A DNA stretch of 64,000 nt from Synechococcus sp. (GTDB lineage Bacteria > Cyanobacteriota > Cyanobacteriia > PCC-6307 > Cyanobiaceae), in contig JBJBCN010000002.1 of the NCBI GenBank assembly GCA_047285805.1, positions 448,001-512,000 of the forward strand, read 5' to 3'. The first letter of the stretch is position 1, and each line of letters opens with the position of its first letter. The position numbers and the translations under genes were made by a program. This document shows, one piece after another, positions 28,660-39,284 of the stretch. The notes beneath the pieces are model-generated. The model was not told the DNA's origin. It worked only from the letters and a program-made list of their open reading frames with translations, and did not search any database.

Positions 28660-30810
28660 TTATGCGGCCACCAGGCCGGAGTGGCGAATCAGGGCCTCAC
28701 TGCTGGGTTGACGACCTCGGAAGGCTTCGAAGACCTGCTTGGGATCCAGGCTTCCCCCGAGGCTGAGCACCGTGTTGCGGAAGCGACGGCCGGTTTCACG
28801 GATCTGCTCTTCGTTATCGAGCCCCACCTCTTCAAAGGCGCCGTAGGCATCGGCACTGAGCACCTCGGCCCACTTGTAGGAGTAGTAGCCGGCGGCGTAG
28901 CCCCCCGCAAAGATGTGCCCGAAGGAGCAGAGGAAGGCGTCCTCCTCGATGGGGGCCAACACCGTGGTGTCCGCGGCGATCTCACGGCGCAGCGCCTCCG
29001 GCGTGAGGCCGGCATCGGCTCTCCACTGGCTGTGCAAGCGCAGATCCACCAGGGCAAAGTGCACCTGCCGCAGGGTTGCGGATCCCCCCATGAAGGTGCG
29101 GGCCGCCAGCAACTTGGCGAATTCGCTCTCCGGTAGGGGTGCGCCGGTCTCCCAGTGGCGGGCCATCCCCATCAAGGTGGCGCGGTCGTAGCACCAGTTC
29201 TCCATGAACTGGCTGGGCAGCTCAACGGCATCCCACTCGACCCCATTGATGCCGGCGGCCTGGGGGTGCTCGACGCTGGTCAGCATGTGCTGGAGGCCGT
29301 GCCCGAACTCGTGGAATAGGGTCTCGACCTCGTCGAAGGTCATCAGGCTCGGGGTCTCACCGACCGGTGCACTCTGGTTGCAGATCAAGTAGGCCACCGG
29401 GAGGACCGCGCTGCCGTCCTCGCGCTTGGCGCGCACGAGGCACTCATCCATCCAGGCTCCACCGCGCTTGCTGCCCGGCCGGCTGTAGGGATCCAGGTAG
29501 AACCCGGCGATCGGTGTGTTCTGCTCGAGGATGCGGAAGAAGCGCACATCTGGATGCCAGATCGGTGCCTCGCCATCGGCGGCCTCGATACGGATCCCGA
29601 ACAGCCGCTCGCTCAGGTCAAACAGACCGTTGAGCACCTGGGGTAGGGGGAACCAGGGGCGCAGGGCTTCGCTGTCGAGCTCGAAGCTTTCCTGGCGCAG
29701 GATCTCCCCCCAATAGCTGATGTCCCAGGGCTGTAGATCGTCCGCTTCCGCGGCCCCGTGGGCCTTGGCACAGCCCGCGAGGGTCGCCATCTCCCGTTGG
29801 GCAATCGGGTAGGCGGCGCTGCGTAGTTCCTCCAGCAGGGCTTCCACGGCCTGATCCGAATCGGCCATCTTGGACGCGATGCTGAGCTCGGCCCAGTTGG
29901 CAAAGCCGAGGCGCTCAGCCTGCTGCCGGCGCAGGGTCAGGATCTCTTCGATCAATGGCCAGTTGTTGAGATCGCTCCCGTCCTGTCCGGATGCGCGACT
30001 GATATAGGCCTTGTAAACCTGCTCCCGCAGGTCCCGCCTGCGGCTGTATTTCATGAAGGACACAAAGCGCGGCATGTCTAGGCCCAGCAGCCAGGGGCCC
30101 GTTTCTGCGCTTGCCGTCCGATCGCCAGCCTGGCGAGCAGCTTGGGCCAGCTGATCCAGCAGGCTCGCGGGCAATCCCTCCACGTCGTCAGCAAGCGTCA
30201 GGCGCAGGGTCCAGTTGTTGGTGGCATCCAGCACGTGGTTGCCAAAGCGTGTCGAGAGCTCCGCCAAGTTCTGACTGGCTGCGTTGAAAGCTTCTTTGTA
30301 AGCGCCGCTTAGGCCAACGCCCCGCAACTGCATGTCCCGCAGCTCGGCATCGAGGATCCGCTGTTGCGTCCCGTCCAGCTTGGAGTGTTGTTCCTTCAGT
30401 TGCTGGAGGGCGCGGTAGATGACCTGGCTTTGACCCGCACGGTTGCCGAATTGAACGACAGCCGCCTGCTGGCTGGCATGGGCATCGCGGAGCTCCGGGC
30501 TGTTGCAGACCCCGTTGAGGTGACTAACGACGCCCCAACTCCAGCGCAAGCTTTCACCCAGTCGCTGCAGTGGATCGATCACCGCGTTCCAGTTCAGAGT
30601 CTCACCCTGCTCCAGCTTCTGGCTGAGGGAGGCCTCGAGGGATCCCAGCTCAGCCTCGAGGGATTCCATTAGGCCTGGGATGTGGTCGCGGACCGCTTTC
30701 GGAGTGATCGCATCAAATTGCGGCAGCCCTTCTCCACGAAGAATTTCCGGCTTAGCGGTGGCGATGGCGGAGCGGCTGTCGGTCATCGATGAGGCAATAA
30801 ATTGCCCCAT
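28660..30810 (-). CDS. prlC: Oligopeptidase A (M3 family)
   Basis: FHEFGHGLQH, WDAVELPSQFMENW and GYAAGYYSYKWAE motifs. Confidence 0.96.
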   Translation of the reverse strand: MGQFIASSMTDSRSAIATAKPEILRGEGLPQFDAITPKAVRDHIPGLMESLEAELGSLEASLSQKLEQGETLNWNAVIDPLQRLGESLRWSWGVVSHLNGVCNSPELRDAHASQQAAVVQFGNRAGQSQVIYRALQQLKEQHSKLDGTQQRILDAELRDMQLRGVGLSGAYKEAFNAASQNLAELSTRFGNHVLDATNNWTLRLTLADDVEGLPASLLDQLAQAARQAGDRTASAETGPWLLGLDMPRFVSFMKYSRRRDLREQVYKAYISRASGQDGSDLNNWPLIEEILTLRRQQAERLGFANWAELSIASKMADSDQAVEALLEELRSAAYPIAQREMATLAGCAKAHGAAEADDLQPWDISYWGEILRQESFELDSEALRPWFPLPQVLNGLFDLSERLFGIRIEAADGEAPIWHPDVRFFRILEQNTPIAGFYLDPYSRPGSKRGGAWMDECLVRAKREDGSAVLPVAYLICNQSAPVGETPSLMTFDEVETLFHEFGHGLQHMLTSVEHPQAAGINGVEWDAVELPSQFMENWCYDRATLMGMARHWETGAPLPESEFAKLLAARTFMGGSATLRQVHFALVDLRLHSQWRADAGLTPEALRREIAADTTVLAPIEEDAFLCSFGHIFAGGYAAGYYSYKWAEVLSADAYGAFEEVGLDNEEQIRETGRRFRNTVLSLGGSLDPKQVFEAFRGRQPSSEALIRHSGLVAA

Positions 30811-30839
30811 TTCAGCCCAGGTGAAGGGTCCTCGGGGGA

Positions 30840-32462
30840 TCAGCCGAGGGCGGGTAGCCGAAGCGCAACGACAGCGTGTTGGGCGAGGTCGTTGGAGAGG
30901 GCGGTGGTGGTCGCCTCGTAGAGATCAATGGCGACATGGGGCCAGAAGCCAATCACCAGTGTGGGCACCAGCAGGGTGAGGCCAATCAGGAGCTCCCGGG
31001 GCTCCATATCACCGAGGACCGCAAGGGCGGGGATTCGTGGGCCAAAGAAGACCCGGCGGCAGAGGCTCAGCAAGTAGATCGGAGTCAGCACCACTCCGAT
31101 GGCGGCCAGGACCACGGCAATCACCCGGAAGCCAACGGTGAAACCGTTATTGCTGGTCACGCCCAGGAACACGGTGATTTCACTGACAAAACCGCTCATG
31201 CCCGGCAGCGCCAGGGAGGCCAGAGAGCTGGCCACAAAGAAGGCGAAGGTGATCGGCAGGACCTTGGCCAAGCCCCCCATGTTCGGGATCGAGAGGGTCT
31301 TGGTGCGCTCGTAGAAGACCCCAGTGACAAAGAACATCGCCGCGGCGATCAACCCGTGGCTAATCATCTGCAGCATGGCGCCACTCATTCCGAGGCTGTC
31401 GATTGCTCCGATGCCCAACAGGACAAAGCCCATGTGGCTTACTGAGCTGCAGGCGATCCGGCGTTTGACGTTGTCCTGGGCGAAGGCATTTAGTGCTCCG
31501 TAGACGATGTTGACGATGCCCAAAACGATCAGCGCGGGTGCCAGTTGTAGGTGCGCCTCAGGGAGCATCTGCACGTTGAAGCGCAGTAGGGCGTAGCCGC
31601 CCATCTTCAGGAGCACCCCGGCCAACAACATCGAGACCGGTGCGTTTGCTTCACCGTGGGCATCAGGCAGCCAGGTGTGGAGCGGGAACATAGGCAGCTT
31701 CACTCCGAAGCCCACCAGGAAGCCCAGATAACAGAGCAGGCCAAATAAGCCGCCGGGGGAGCGGGCGATGAGTTCGCTGAGGTTGAGCGTGAAAGTGCCG
31801 TTGAGGGCCAGGGCCAGGCCGCTGAGCAGGATCAGCAGCGAGGCCGTGGCGGTATAAAGGATGAACTTGGTCGCAGCGTACTGACGCTGTTGGCCGCCCC
31901 AGATAGCAATCAACAGATAGACAGGGACTAGCTCCAGCTCCCAGGCCAAGAAGAACAGTAGGAAATCCTGCGAGAGAAACACCAGGGCCTGGGCCGAGGC
32001 TTGAACCAGCAGCAGCGCGAAGTAGAGACGAGTCTTCTTCTGAATATTCCAACTCGCTGCAACGGAGAGCAGCGTGACCAACCCGGAGAGCACCACAAGC
32101 GGGGCCGACAGCCCATCGGTGGCGAGGGACCACTCCAGTCCAATGACAGGGACCCAGGCGAAACGCTCAACCAGCTGGAGGCCCGCAATCGCACCGTCGT
32201 AATGCTGGCTGTAGACGTAAAGCATCAAGCCCAGGTCCGCCAGCAGGGTGACCAGGGCGACGGTCCTGGGCAGCTTGGGGTCGGTGCCGTCTCCGGGGAG
32301 GAGCATCACCAGCGGAGCGATCGCAATTGGCAGCAGGGCGATCAGGCTCAGCCAGGGAAACGTGATCGGCGCCGCCAGGGTGCCGTTGGTCAAGGCGGAG
32401 TCGCCAAATGCGGAGCCGGGGATCGCTGCAGACGCGGCCAGCAGGGGCAGATTGGCGTCCAT
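30840..32462 (-). CDS. ndhD: NAD(P)H-quinone oxidoreductase subunit 4 (NdhD)
   Basis: [28 protein letters not shown] and SSVSHMG; start placed at ATG 32462. Confidence 0.95.
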   Translation of the reverse strand: MDANLPLLAASAAIPGSAFGDSALTNGTLAAPITFPWLSLIALLPIAIAPLVMLLPGDGTDPKLPRTVALVTLLADLGLMLYVYSQHYDGAIAGLQLVERFAWVPVIGLEWSLATDGLSAPLVVLSGLVTLLSVAASWNIQKKTRLYFALLLVQASAQALVFLSQDFLLFFLAWELELVPVYLLIAIWGGQQRQYAATKFILYTATASLLILLSGLALALNGTFTLNLSELIARSPGGLFGLLCYLGFLVGFGVKLPMFPLHTWLPDAHGEANAPVSMLLAGVLLKMGGYALLRFNVQMLPEAHLQLAPALIVLGIVNIVYGALNAFAQDNVKRRIACSSVSHMGFVLLGIGAIDSLGMSGAMLQMISHGLIAAAMFFVTGVFYERTKTLSIPNMGGLAKVLPITFAFFVASSLASLALPGMSGFVSEITVFLGVTSNNGFTVGFRVIAVVLAAIGVVLTPIYLLSLCRRVFFGPRIPALAVLGDMEPRELLIGLTLLVPTLVIGFWPHVAIDLYEATTTALSNDLAQHAVVALRLPALG

Positions 32463-32615
32463 CGCGTGCACGGCTTTTGGATGTCTTGGGGCTATCCCGT
32501 ATATGGGTCTAGCCCTCGAGGGGCTCAACCCTGCACCTACGGGACCGGCCGACTAGAGATAAAATCTACCAGCGAGACTGACCTGTCCTAGGCATTTTTA
32601 CTCATGCGAGGAGGT

Positions 32616-33560
32616 TTAGATGGGCAGTTGATCCCAGCGGCTGCCGCCCTGGTGTAGTTGCAGCACTTGGGAGCGCGAGGCCACGCCAGCCCCCTCCCAG
32701 GCGCGGACCATCGTCTTGCTCACAGCGACGGCCGAGTCCTCGGTGCACAGGGCCAAGATGCTTGGCCCGGCGCCGCTGATCACGCATCCCCAGGCCCCGG
32801 AGCCCATGGCCGCATCGCGAACCTCTTTGCCCCCTTGGATCAGTCCCCAGCGATAGGGCTCGTGGATCCGGTCATGCATGCCATCCGCAATCAGGTCACC
32901 GTTTCCGGTGCGCAGGCCCTGCAAGAGCAGTGTCAGGCAACCCAAGTTGGTGACCGCATCGGGAATGGAGATGGCCTTGGGCATCACCCGCCGGGCCTCG
33001 CTGGTTGAGAGGCGAATCGCGGGAATCGCTACCACCACCATCACCTTCGGGTCCCACTCGCAGCGCACTACCCGCCAGCGGTGGGAGGCCGCGCGCGCTG
33101 TCAGACACAGTCCGCCGAGGAGTGAAGGCACCACGTTGTCGGGGTGGCCTTCAATGTCAATCGCCAGTTCCAGCAACTTCTCGCGGCTCAGCTTCTCGCC
33201 AATCAGGGCATTGGCGCCCATCAAGCCGGCGACGATCGCGGTGGCGCTGCTGCCCAATCCCCGCGCTGGGGGAACGGCCAGCCGGACTCGGGCCTCGATC
33301 GCGATGGGCTCTTCTCCCGCCTCTTTCCAAACCCGCTGCGCGGCTCGATAGACGAGGTTGTCGGGGCCTCCGCGCAAGTGGGATCCCTCACTGCCTTCGA
33401 TCACCAATTCGAAGCGCTCGCTTCCCCCTTCGATGCAGCGCATCTCGAAGCGGTTATTCAGATCGAGGGCTGCTCCAAGGCAATCAAAGCCGGGACCCAA
33501 GTTGGCTGTTGTGGCGGGGACATCCACCACAACCCCCTGTCCGATGCGGGGGCGGGCCAT
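32616..33560 (-). CDS. thrB: Homoserine kinase
   Basis: PATTANLGPGFD, PPARGLGSSA, EGHPDN and ISGAGP motifs. Confidence 0.97.
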   Translation of the reverse strand: MARPRIGQGVVVDVPATTANLGPGFDCLGAALDLNNRFEMRCIEGGSERFELVIEGSEGSHLRGGPDNLVYRAAQRVWKEAGEEPIAIEARVRLAVPPARGLGSSATAIVAGLMGANALIGEKLSREKLLELAIDIEGHPDNVVPSLLGGLCLTARAASHRWRVVRCEWDPKVMVVVAIPAIRLSTSEARRVMPKAISIPDAVTNLGCLTLLLQGLRTGNGDLIADGMHDRIHEPYRWGLIQGGKEVRDAAMGSGAWGCVISGAGPSILALCTEDSAVAVSKTMVRAWEGAGVASRSQVLQLHQGGSRWDQLPI

Positions 33561-33591
33561 GCGCTCTGTTCTGCTGGGCTCAGTGTCCCAC

Positions 33592-34596
33592 TCAGGGGTT
33601 CAGGAGACGGGCTCTGCAGGCGGCACTGAACAGGCCCGTCTCTGCATCGATCAAGGCATGGACTGGGATTTGTTCCACTACAGGGCTCAGTCTTCCTTTG
33701 TTGAGGAAGGGGCCAAGGAAGCGTTCTGACTGCAGCTCCTTCAGCAACTTCCCTGCGGTTCCGCCCCCCACCCAGAGGCCGCCGTAGCAGAGGCTTTGCA
33801 GAGCAAGATCCCCCGCGGCGCTGCCATAGGCCGCGAGCCAGAGATCCAGGGCTGCACGGGCTAGGGGGTCACCGGAGGTGGCTGCTGCTGCCGTCGCGGC
33901 TGGCAGTTCTGTAAACGGGGTGCCCATCAGGGCGTGGTTTTGTCCATCGGGATGGCTGGCCAAGCGCCAGCGCATGACGTCCCCTAGGCCCGTGCCGCTG
34001 ACCACCCGCTCGATCGACAGACGTGGCAGCCCCAACTCCTGAATCAGCCAGGTTTTGAGTTGCCACTGCTCCTCCGTGCAGGGGGCGAACTCGGCATGGG
34101 AAGCCTCGCTGGCCATGGCATTAAGACCCGAGTCTGTTGGGACGCCGATGGCGACCCCCAGTCCAGTCCCGGCGCCGAGGATGGCGATTGGGGCATTTGG
34201 ATCGGGACAGCCGCCAGCGGCGGCCCGCAGGGTCGTGTGTTGCTCGGGCTGGAGATGCGGCAGCCCGTAGATCAAGACCGCAAAGTCATTGATCAGTTCG
34301 ACGGCCTTCAGCTGGCAGGCCTGCGCCAAATGCTGCTCCTCGAGCAACCAGGGCAGGTTGGTGAGTTTCACGCGTCCCTGCCGCACCGGACCGGCAATGG
34401 CAAAACAGGCCCGCTCGGGACGGGGTAGGCCCGAGGCTTCACCGCCCAGGAAGTTGTTCACCAGAGCCGAAAAGTCAGGCCATTCGGCCGACACGTAGCG
34501 GTGAGTGGCGCACCGCACGAGCGCCGGACCCTCGATGCGGTACAGACCAAGCAGGGTCTTCGTGCCGCCTATATCGCCGGCGAGGAGCGTGGTCAT
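33592..34596 (-). CDS. glk: Glucokinase (Glk family)
   Basis: AGDIGGT, INDF, GAGTGLG, SEASH and ERVVSGTGL motifs. Confidence 0.93.
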   Translation of the reverse strand: MTTLLAGDIGGTKTLLGLYRIEGPALVRCATHRYVSAEWPDFSALVNNFLGGEASGLPRPERACFAIAGPVRQGRVKLTNLPWLLEEQHLAQACQLKAVELINDFAVLIYGLPHLQPEQHTTLRAAAGGCPDPNAPIAILGAGTGLGVAIGVPTDSGLNAMASEASHAEFAPCTEEQWQLKTWLIQELGLPRLSIERVVSGTGLGDVMRWRLASHPDGQNHALMGTPFTELPAATAAAATSGDPLARAALDLWLAAYGSAAGDLALQSLCYGGLWVGGGTAGKLLKELQSERFLGPFLNKGRLSPVVEQIPVHALIDAETGLFSAACRARLLNP

Positions 34597-34602
34597 CGGG
34601 GA

Positions 34603-36435
34603 TCAGTAGGGGCTGACCTTGAGCCCCGCTACCCGATCTTGATTCGCCGCTGCGGCTGTGGCCATGAGGGTGTCCAATGGGATGCTGCCGAGGTCGCCAT
34701 GCCGGCGGCTGCGCAGGCTGATGCTGCCACCCTCAGCTTCCTTGGCACCGATTACGCCGAGGACGGGGATCTTCATTCGCTCGCCGTTGCGAATCAGCTT
34801 GCCCAGGCGATCACCGGAGTGATCGACGCTGGCGCGGACACCGGCTGCCTTGAGGGCTGTAGCAACGGACTCGGCGTAGTCGCGCACCTCATCGGTCACC
34901 GGCAACAGACGGATCTGTTCGGGAGCGAGCCAAAAGGGGAAATCCCCGGCGTAGTTCTCGGTCATGATCCCGAAGAACCTCTCCAGCGAGCCGAAGATGG
35001 CGCGGTGAATCATGATGGGCCGCTGCCTTGAACCGTCGGCGGCGACGTAGTCCAGGTTGAATCGCTCCGGCAGGTTGAAGTCCAGCTGGATCGTGGAGCA
35101 CTGCCACATCCGGCCGATGGCGTCCTCGATCTTGAGGTCAATCTTCGGCCCGTAGAACGCACCGCCGCCCTCGTCGATCTTGTAAGACCAGCCCTTGCGA
35201 TCGAGTGCTTCGATCAAGCCCTGGGTCGCTAGATCCCAGACCGCGTCCTCACCGATTGATTTCTCAGGACGGGTTGAGAGGTTGATCTCGTAATTCCGGA
35301 AATCGAAGGTCGAGAGGATCTCTTCGGTCAGGTTCAAGATCGCCAGGATCTCGTCGCTGATCTGTTCAGGGAGGCAGAAGACGTGGGCGTCGTCCTGGGT
35401 GAAGCCGCGGACGCGCATCAGGCCATGCATCACGCCGGGCCGCTCGTAGCGATAGACCGTTCCCAGCTCGGCCCAGCGGATCGGAAGCTCGCGATAGCTA
35501 CGCAGGGTGCTGGCGTAGGTCAACACATGGAAGGGACAGTTCATCGGCTTGAGCTGGTATTCCCGCTCATCCACCTGCATGGGGCCAAACATCGACTCGC
35601 TGTAGAAGTCGAGGTGCCCAGAGGTCTTCCAGAGGCTGATGTCAGCCACATGGGGGGTGTAAAGAAGCTCGTAACCGGCGTTGAAGTGCAGCTCGCGCCA
35701 GAGGTTCTCAATTAGAAGGCGCATGCGGGCGCCACGGGGGTGCCAGAACACCAAGCCCGCGCCGGCTTCGTCCTCGATGGAGAACAAATTGAGGTCGGTG
35801 CCGATCCGGCGGTGATCGCGGCGCTTGGCCTCTTCTTGCCGTCGCTTGTACTCAGCAAGCTGCTCCGCGGTCTCCCAGGCGGTGCCGTAGATGCGTTGCA
35901 GCTGGGGGTTGTTCTCGTCCCCGCGCCAATAGGCACCAGCAACGCTTTCAAGGTCAAAAGCCTTGGCGTTGAGCTCTTTGGTGTTGCTGACGTGGGGGCC
36001 GGCGCAGAGGTCCCACCACTCCTCTCCGAGTGTGTAAAGGGTGATGGGTTCTTGGATGCCCGCCAGGATTGCGAGTTTGTAGGGCTCGTTCTGGGCCTTG
36101 ATCTTTTGTTCGGCCTCGGCGCGGCTCACCTCAAGGCGTTCCAGTGGAAGCTTCTTGTTGATGAGCTTGATCATTTCCTTCTTGATGGCCTTGAGGTCGG
36201 CCTCGGTAAAGGGATCGGGATTATCGAAGTCGTAATAGAAGCCATTTTCCGTCCAAGGACCGATGGTCACCTGGGCCTCCGGAAACAACCGCTGCACCGC
36301 CATGGCCATCACGTGGCTCATGGAGTGACGAATGCGCAAAAGCTGTTCGCTCTCGCTGGTCTTGGGCAGATGCACCGTCACCACGTCCTGCCCTGCGTCA
36401 CTTGCTGCAGGCTCGGCAGTTCGGGTCGCGGTCAC
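34603..36435 (-). CDS. thrS: Threonine--tRNA ligase
   Basis: IRHSMSH, DLCAGPH, RDHR, KPMNCPFH, RVRGFTQDDAH and MIHRA motifs. Confidence 0.97.
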   Translation of the reverse strand: MTATRTAEPAASDAGQDVVTVHLPKTSESEQLLRIRHSMSHVMAMAVQRLFPEAQVTIGPWTENGFYYDFDNPDPFTEADLKAIKKEMIKLINKKLPLERLEVSRAEAEQKIKAQNEPYKLAILAGIQEPITLYTLGEEWWDLCAGPHVSNTKELNAKAFDLESVAGAYWRGDENNPQLQRIYGTAWETAEQLAEYKRRQEEAKRRDHRRIGTDLNLFSIEDEAGAGLVFWHPRGARMRLLIENLWRELHFNAGYELLYTPHVADISLWKTSGHLDFYSESMFGPMQVDEREYQLKPMNCPFHVLTYASTLRSYRELPIRWAELGTVYRYERPGVMHGLMRVRGFTQDDAHVFCLPEQISDEILAILNLTEEILSTFDFRNYEINLSTRPEKSIGEDAVWDLATQGLIEALDRKGWSYKIDEGGGAFYGPKIDLKIEDAIGRMWQCSTIQLDFNLPERFNLDYVAADGSRQRPIMIHRAIFGSLERFFGIMTENYAGDFPFWLAPEQIRLLPVTDEVRDYAESVATALKAAGVRASVDHSGDRLGKLIRNGERMKIPVLGVIGAKEAEGGSISLRSRRHGDLGSIPLDTLMATAAAANQDRVAGLKVSPY

Positions 36436-36491
36436 GGCGGCGGGATAGCAACCCTGATCCTACGCAGCTCAATTCAGACCATAACTAGTGT

Positions 36492-36860
36492 GTGATCGTG
36501 AACGAGCCTCAAGAACCCCAGACTGAGTCAGCTGAACTGCTCGACCATTTGCTCGAGTCACTCCTCGCTGACTTTCTCTACTGGTTCAAGCGTGGTCTCC
36601 TCCTCTTGGATCATGCCCCAGAGCAGCTGGTGCCCGCCCAGGAGCAGCGAGTGCTTCGGGCTTCGTTGCACGAAGCGCTGCAGGCGATTGCGGCCACCCA
36701 GGCCCTGCGGGCCGCCTGCTCGACGCCCATGGCGGTGGACATGGATGCCATGACCCCTTGGCACCGTTTGATGATGCGGGTTTGGAGTCTCTCCGCGATG
36801 TTGCGGGTGGCGGGGGTGCCCCTGCCGGAGAAGGATCGTCCTGACCCCACTCAGGCCTGA
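36492..36860 (+). CDS. DUF2605 family protein
   Basis: LLESLLADFLYWFKR and MTPWHRL pattern. Confidence 0.75.
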   Translation: MIVNEPQEPQTESAELLDHLLESLLADFLYWFKRGLLLLDHAPEQLVPAQEQRVLRASLHEALQAIAATQALRAACSTPMAVDMDAMTPWHRLMMRVWSLSAMLRVAGVPLPEKDRPDPTQA

Positions 36861-37522
36861 GCCCAGCGGCTTCGCTTCAGCTGCTTGAGGTTGTCCTCGT
36901 AGAAGTTGGCGAGCTCGTTGGCTTTCTTCACCGGCTGCCCGTAGGCGCTAAGGCCGTTATGGCTGGGGAAGGAGGCCCACTCCTTGGACAGAACTGCCAT
37001 CACGTTGCGGGTCAGGCCATGGCGGTCCAGTTGATCGAGTACGCCACGGCGATCAATCAGATATAGAGCGGCCTGGTCTTGGTTATGGGGCTTGAAGCTT
37101 CGGAGGCTCAGTTTGCTCGCCGCTTCCTTCCAGGTGCCAGGCAAAAACTGGTATGCGCCGGCGGCAGCGCTGGCGTAGCGCTTCACCACGACAACATCAG
37201 GGTGCTTAGCCAGGCTGCTAAAACGTCCACCGCCGTAGAGGGTGCGATAGCCGTGGTGGCCTTGCTTCCAGGTGCCTTCGGCATAGCGGATCGTGTTGAG
37301 CAGTGCCCGCCGTTTGGGCGTGATCGCATACAGCTCACCCGCATCGCTTTTTCTTGAAGCCGCCACGACGTGCTCGATGGACTGATCCACTTCGCTCCCT
37401 ATGGAAGGGGCGACAAAGGGACCGGCGGCCAGCAGTAGCAGGCCCAGTGAGCAGGCCGGAGCGGCCGCACGGCTGGGCTTGAGGGAGCGCTCGAGCAAAT
37501 GACGAATTGGCAAGCGGCACAA
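36851..37522 (-). CDS. Glycoside hydrolase family 104 (lambda-type lysozyme) protein, exported
   Basis: ALLNTIRYAEGT, SAAAGAYQFL, QDQAA and EWASFP; N-terminal hydrophobic segment. Confidence 0.9.
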   Translation of the reverse strand: MCRLPIRHLLERSLKPSRAAAPACSLGLLLLAAGPFVAPSIGSEVDQSIEHVVAASRKSDAGELYAITPKRRALLNTIRYAEGTWKQGHHGYRTLYGGGRFSSLAKHPDVVVVKRYASAAAGAYQFLPGTWKEAASKLSLRSFKPHNQDQAALYLIDRRGVLDQLDRHGLTRNVMAVLSKEWASFPSHNGLSAYGQPVKKANELANFYEDNLKQLKRSRWAQA

Positions 37523-37722
37523 TGTCGCAGTTCAAAGAGGCTGCTGGTAGATCGAGTCCCAGGGTGAGACTTCTCCGCCGAACTGGACAGGCGGCCGCTT
37601 GTTATGCATTAGCGGTTTTTGGGCTTGAGACAGGGATTTGGGCTGGCTCCCTTCAGAGTTGCGGCGCCGAAGGATTAGCCACCTTTATCTTTCCTTTGGC
37701 TTTCGATTAAAGGCTTCGGGTT

Positions 37723-38751
37723 TTAGCTGGCCCTGAGTAAGCCCAGGGCCTCCCGGGTGCGCTCCAAGGTCTCCTCCGCAACGGCATTCGCCCGTTCACT
37801 GCCCGCCTTGAGGACGCGGTCGAGTTCGGCGGGGTCAGAGCCCAAGGTGTTGTAGCGCTCCTGAATCGGCCTGAGTGCCTCCACGAGGGTCTCGGCGAGG
37901 AGGGGTTTGAACGTGCCCCAACCCATGTCGGCGCATTCGGCGGCAGCGGCCTCACGGCCTTTGCCGCTGAGCATGGCGTAGAGACTGAGCAGGTTGTCGG
38001 TCTCAGGACGGTCGGGGTTGCCGAATTCCAGTCCCATCACGGGGTCCGTTTTGGCGCGCTTCACCTTCTTGGTGATGAGCTCCGGAGGATCCAGCAGGTT
38101 CACCCGAGATCCTTCATTCGGGTCGCTCTTGCTCATCTTGATGCGGCCGTCGGTGAGGCTCATCACCCGGGCCCCTTCCTTGAGGATCAAGGGTTCGGGG
38201 ACCTTCAGGACGGGGATGGGCTCCCCGTCGCCATTCCGCGGCGCGAACCGCGCATTGATGCGCTGTTGGGCGATGTCGCGGGCCAGCTCCAGGTGCTGCT
38301 TCTGGTCCTCGCCAACCGGAACCAGGTCCGCGTCATAGAGAAGTATGTCTGCCGCCATCAAGACGGGGTAATCGAGTAGGCCTACGGAGACCTGGTCCCC
38401 TTGCTTGACGGCCTTTTCCTTGAACTGGATCATCCGCTCCAGCCAGTTCAGCGGTGTCACGCAGTTCAGCAGCCAGCAGAGCTCGCTGTGGGCGGACACG
38501 TGGCTCTGAACGAAGACCGTGGCTTTGTCGGGGTCAATCCCGCAGGCGAGGTAGAGCGCAGCGGTGTTGCGGGTGTCCCGGGCCAGGGCCGCCGCGTCGT
38601 GCGGGACCGTGATCGCGTGTAGGTCCACCACACATAAGAACGTGTCATGGCTCTGTTGGAGGCCGACCCAGTTGCGGATCGCCCCTAGCCAGTTGCCCAA
38701 ATGCAAGGCGCCAGTGGGCTGAACTCCGGACAGGACCCTGGCGCGTTGCAT
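37723..38751 (-). CDS. trpS: Tryptophan--tRNA ligase
   Basis: SGVQPTG, HLGN, VGEDQKQH and KMSKS; start ATG 38751. Confidence 0.97.
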   Translation of the reverse strand: MQRARVLSGVQPTGALHLGNWLGAIRNWVGLQQSHDTFLCVVDLHAITVPHDAAALARDTRNTAALYLACGIDPDKATVFVQSHVSAHSELCWLLNCVTPLNWLERMIQFKEKAVKQGDQVSVGLLDYPVLMAADILLYDADLVPVGEDQKQHLELARDIAQQRINARFAPRNGDGEPIPVLKVPEPLILKEGARVMSLTDGRIKMSKSDPNEGSRVNLLDPPELITKKVKRAKTDPVMGLEFGNPDRPETDNLLSLYAMLSGKGREAAAAECADMGWGTFKPLLAETLVEALRPIQERYNTLGSDPAELDRVLKAGSERANAVAEETLERTREALGLLRAS

Positions 38752-38812
38752 AGGAGCTAGCGAGATGTTCGCCGGATTCTGCCTGGGGGCAGGACCCGGC
38801 AGCTGCTGTCGA

Positions 38813-39265
38813 TCAGGCCTCAGTGGTTTCGCTGGTTTCCACGCTCTCCGCAGCGGTGTCCCCGGCTGCTTCAGCAGGTGCGGGCTCGTCGCTCGCCGGT
38901 GCCTCTTCAGCCACGGCAGCGGCGGGCTTGGCTGGGCGGGCAAAGGGGTTGGGGCGATTTCCAGGGCGCTCGCCGCGACCGCCGCCACGACGGTCGCCCC
39001 GCTCACTGCGGCCTCGGGAGCCAGCGCTGGCCTTCTGTTGAGCCACGATGTCGTCGATGCGGCCCTCCTCGATCAACTGGGCCACGGTGCGCAGGGACAG
39101 GCCAAGGGCGGCCACTGTGGAGCGGACGCCAAAGGCCTCCTGCACGGCGCGGGCGGCGCGCATTTCGTTATCGCTCAGGCGAATGCGGAATCCACCCCCT
39201 TCACGAGGACCGCGGTTGTCGCGGGACTGTTCGCCCGAATTCCGCTGGAAATCACCGTCGGCCAT
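38813..39265 (-). CDS. Hypothetical protein, possible ribbon-helix-helix domain
   Basis: FRIRLSDNE followed by two helices; low-complexity flanks. Confidence 0.75.
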   Translation of the reverse strand: MADGDFQRNSGEQSRDNRGPREGGGFRIRLSDNEMRAARAVQEAFGVRSTVAALGLSLRTVAQLIEEGRIDDIVAQQKASAGSRGRSERGDRRGGGRGERPGNRPNPFARPAKPAAAVAEEAPASDEPAPAEAAGDTAAESVETSETTEA

Positions 39266-39284
39266 GGCCGCACACCTGAAGAAG

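Noticed and set aside
34603..36435. Short ThrS lacking the N-terminal TGS domain
   Set aside because: This is the normal architecture for cyanobacterial ThrS.
36851..37522. Lysozyme as a prophage remnant
   Set aside because: There are no holin, integrase or structural genes; it has an export signal and sits between thrS and trpS.
37523..37722. Canonical c-di-AMP (ydaO) riboswitch
   Set aside because: The consensus elements are not visible; kept only as a generic structured leader.
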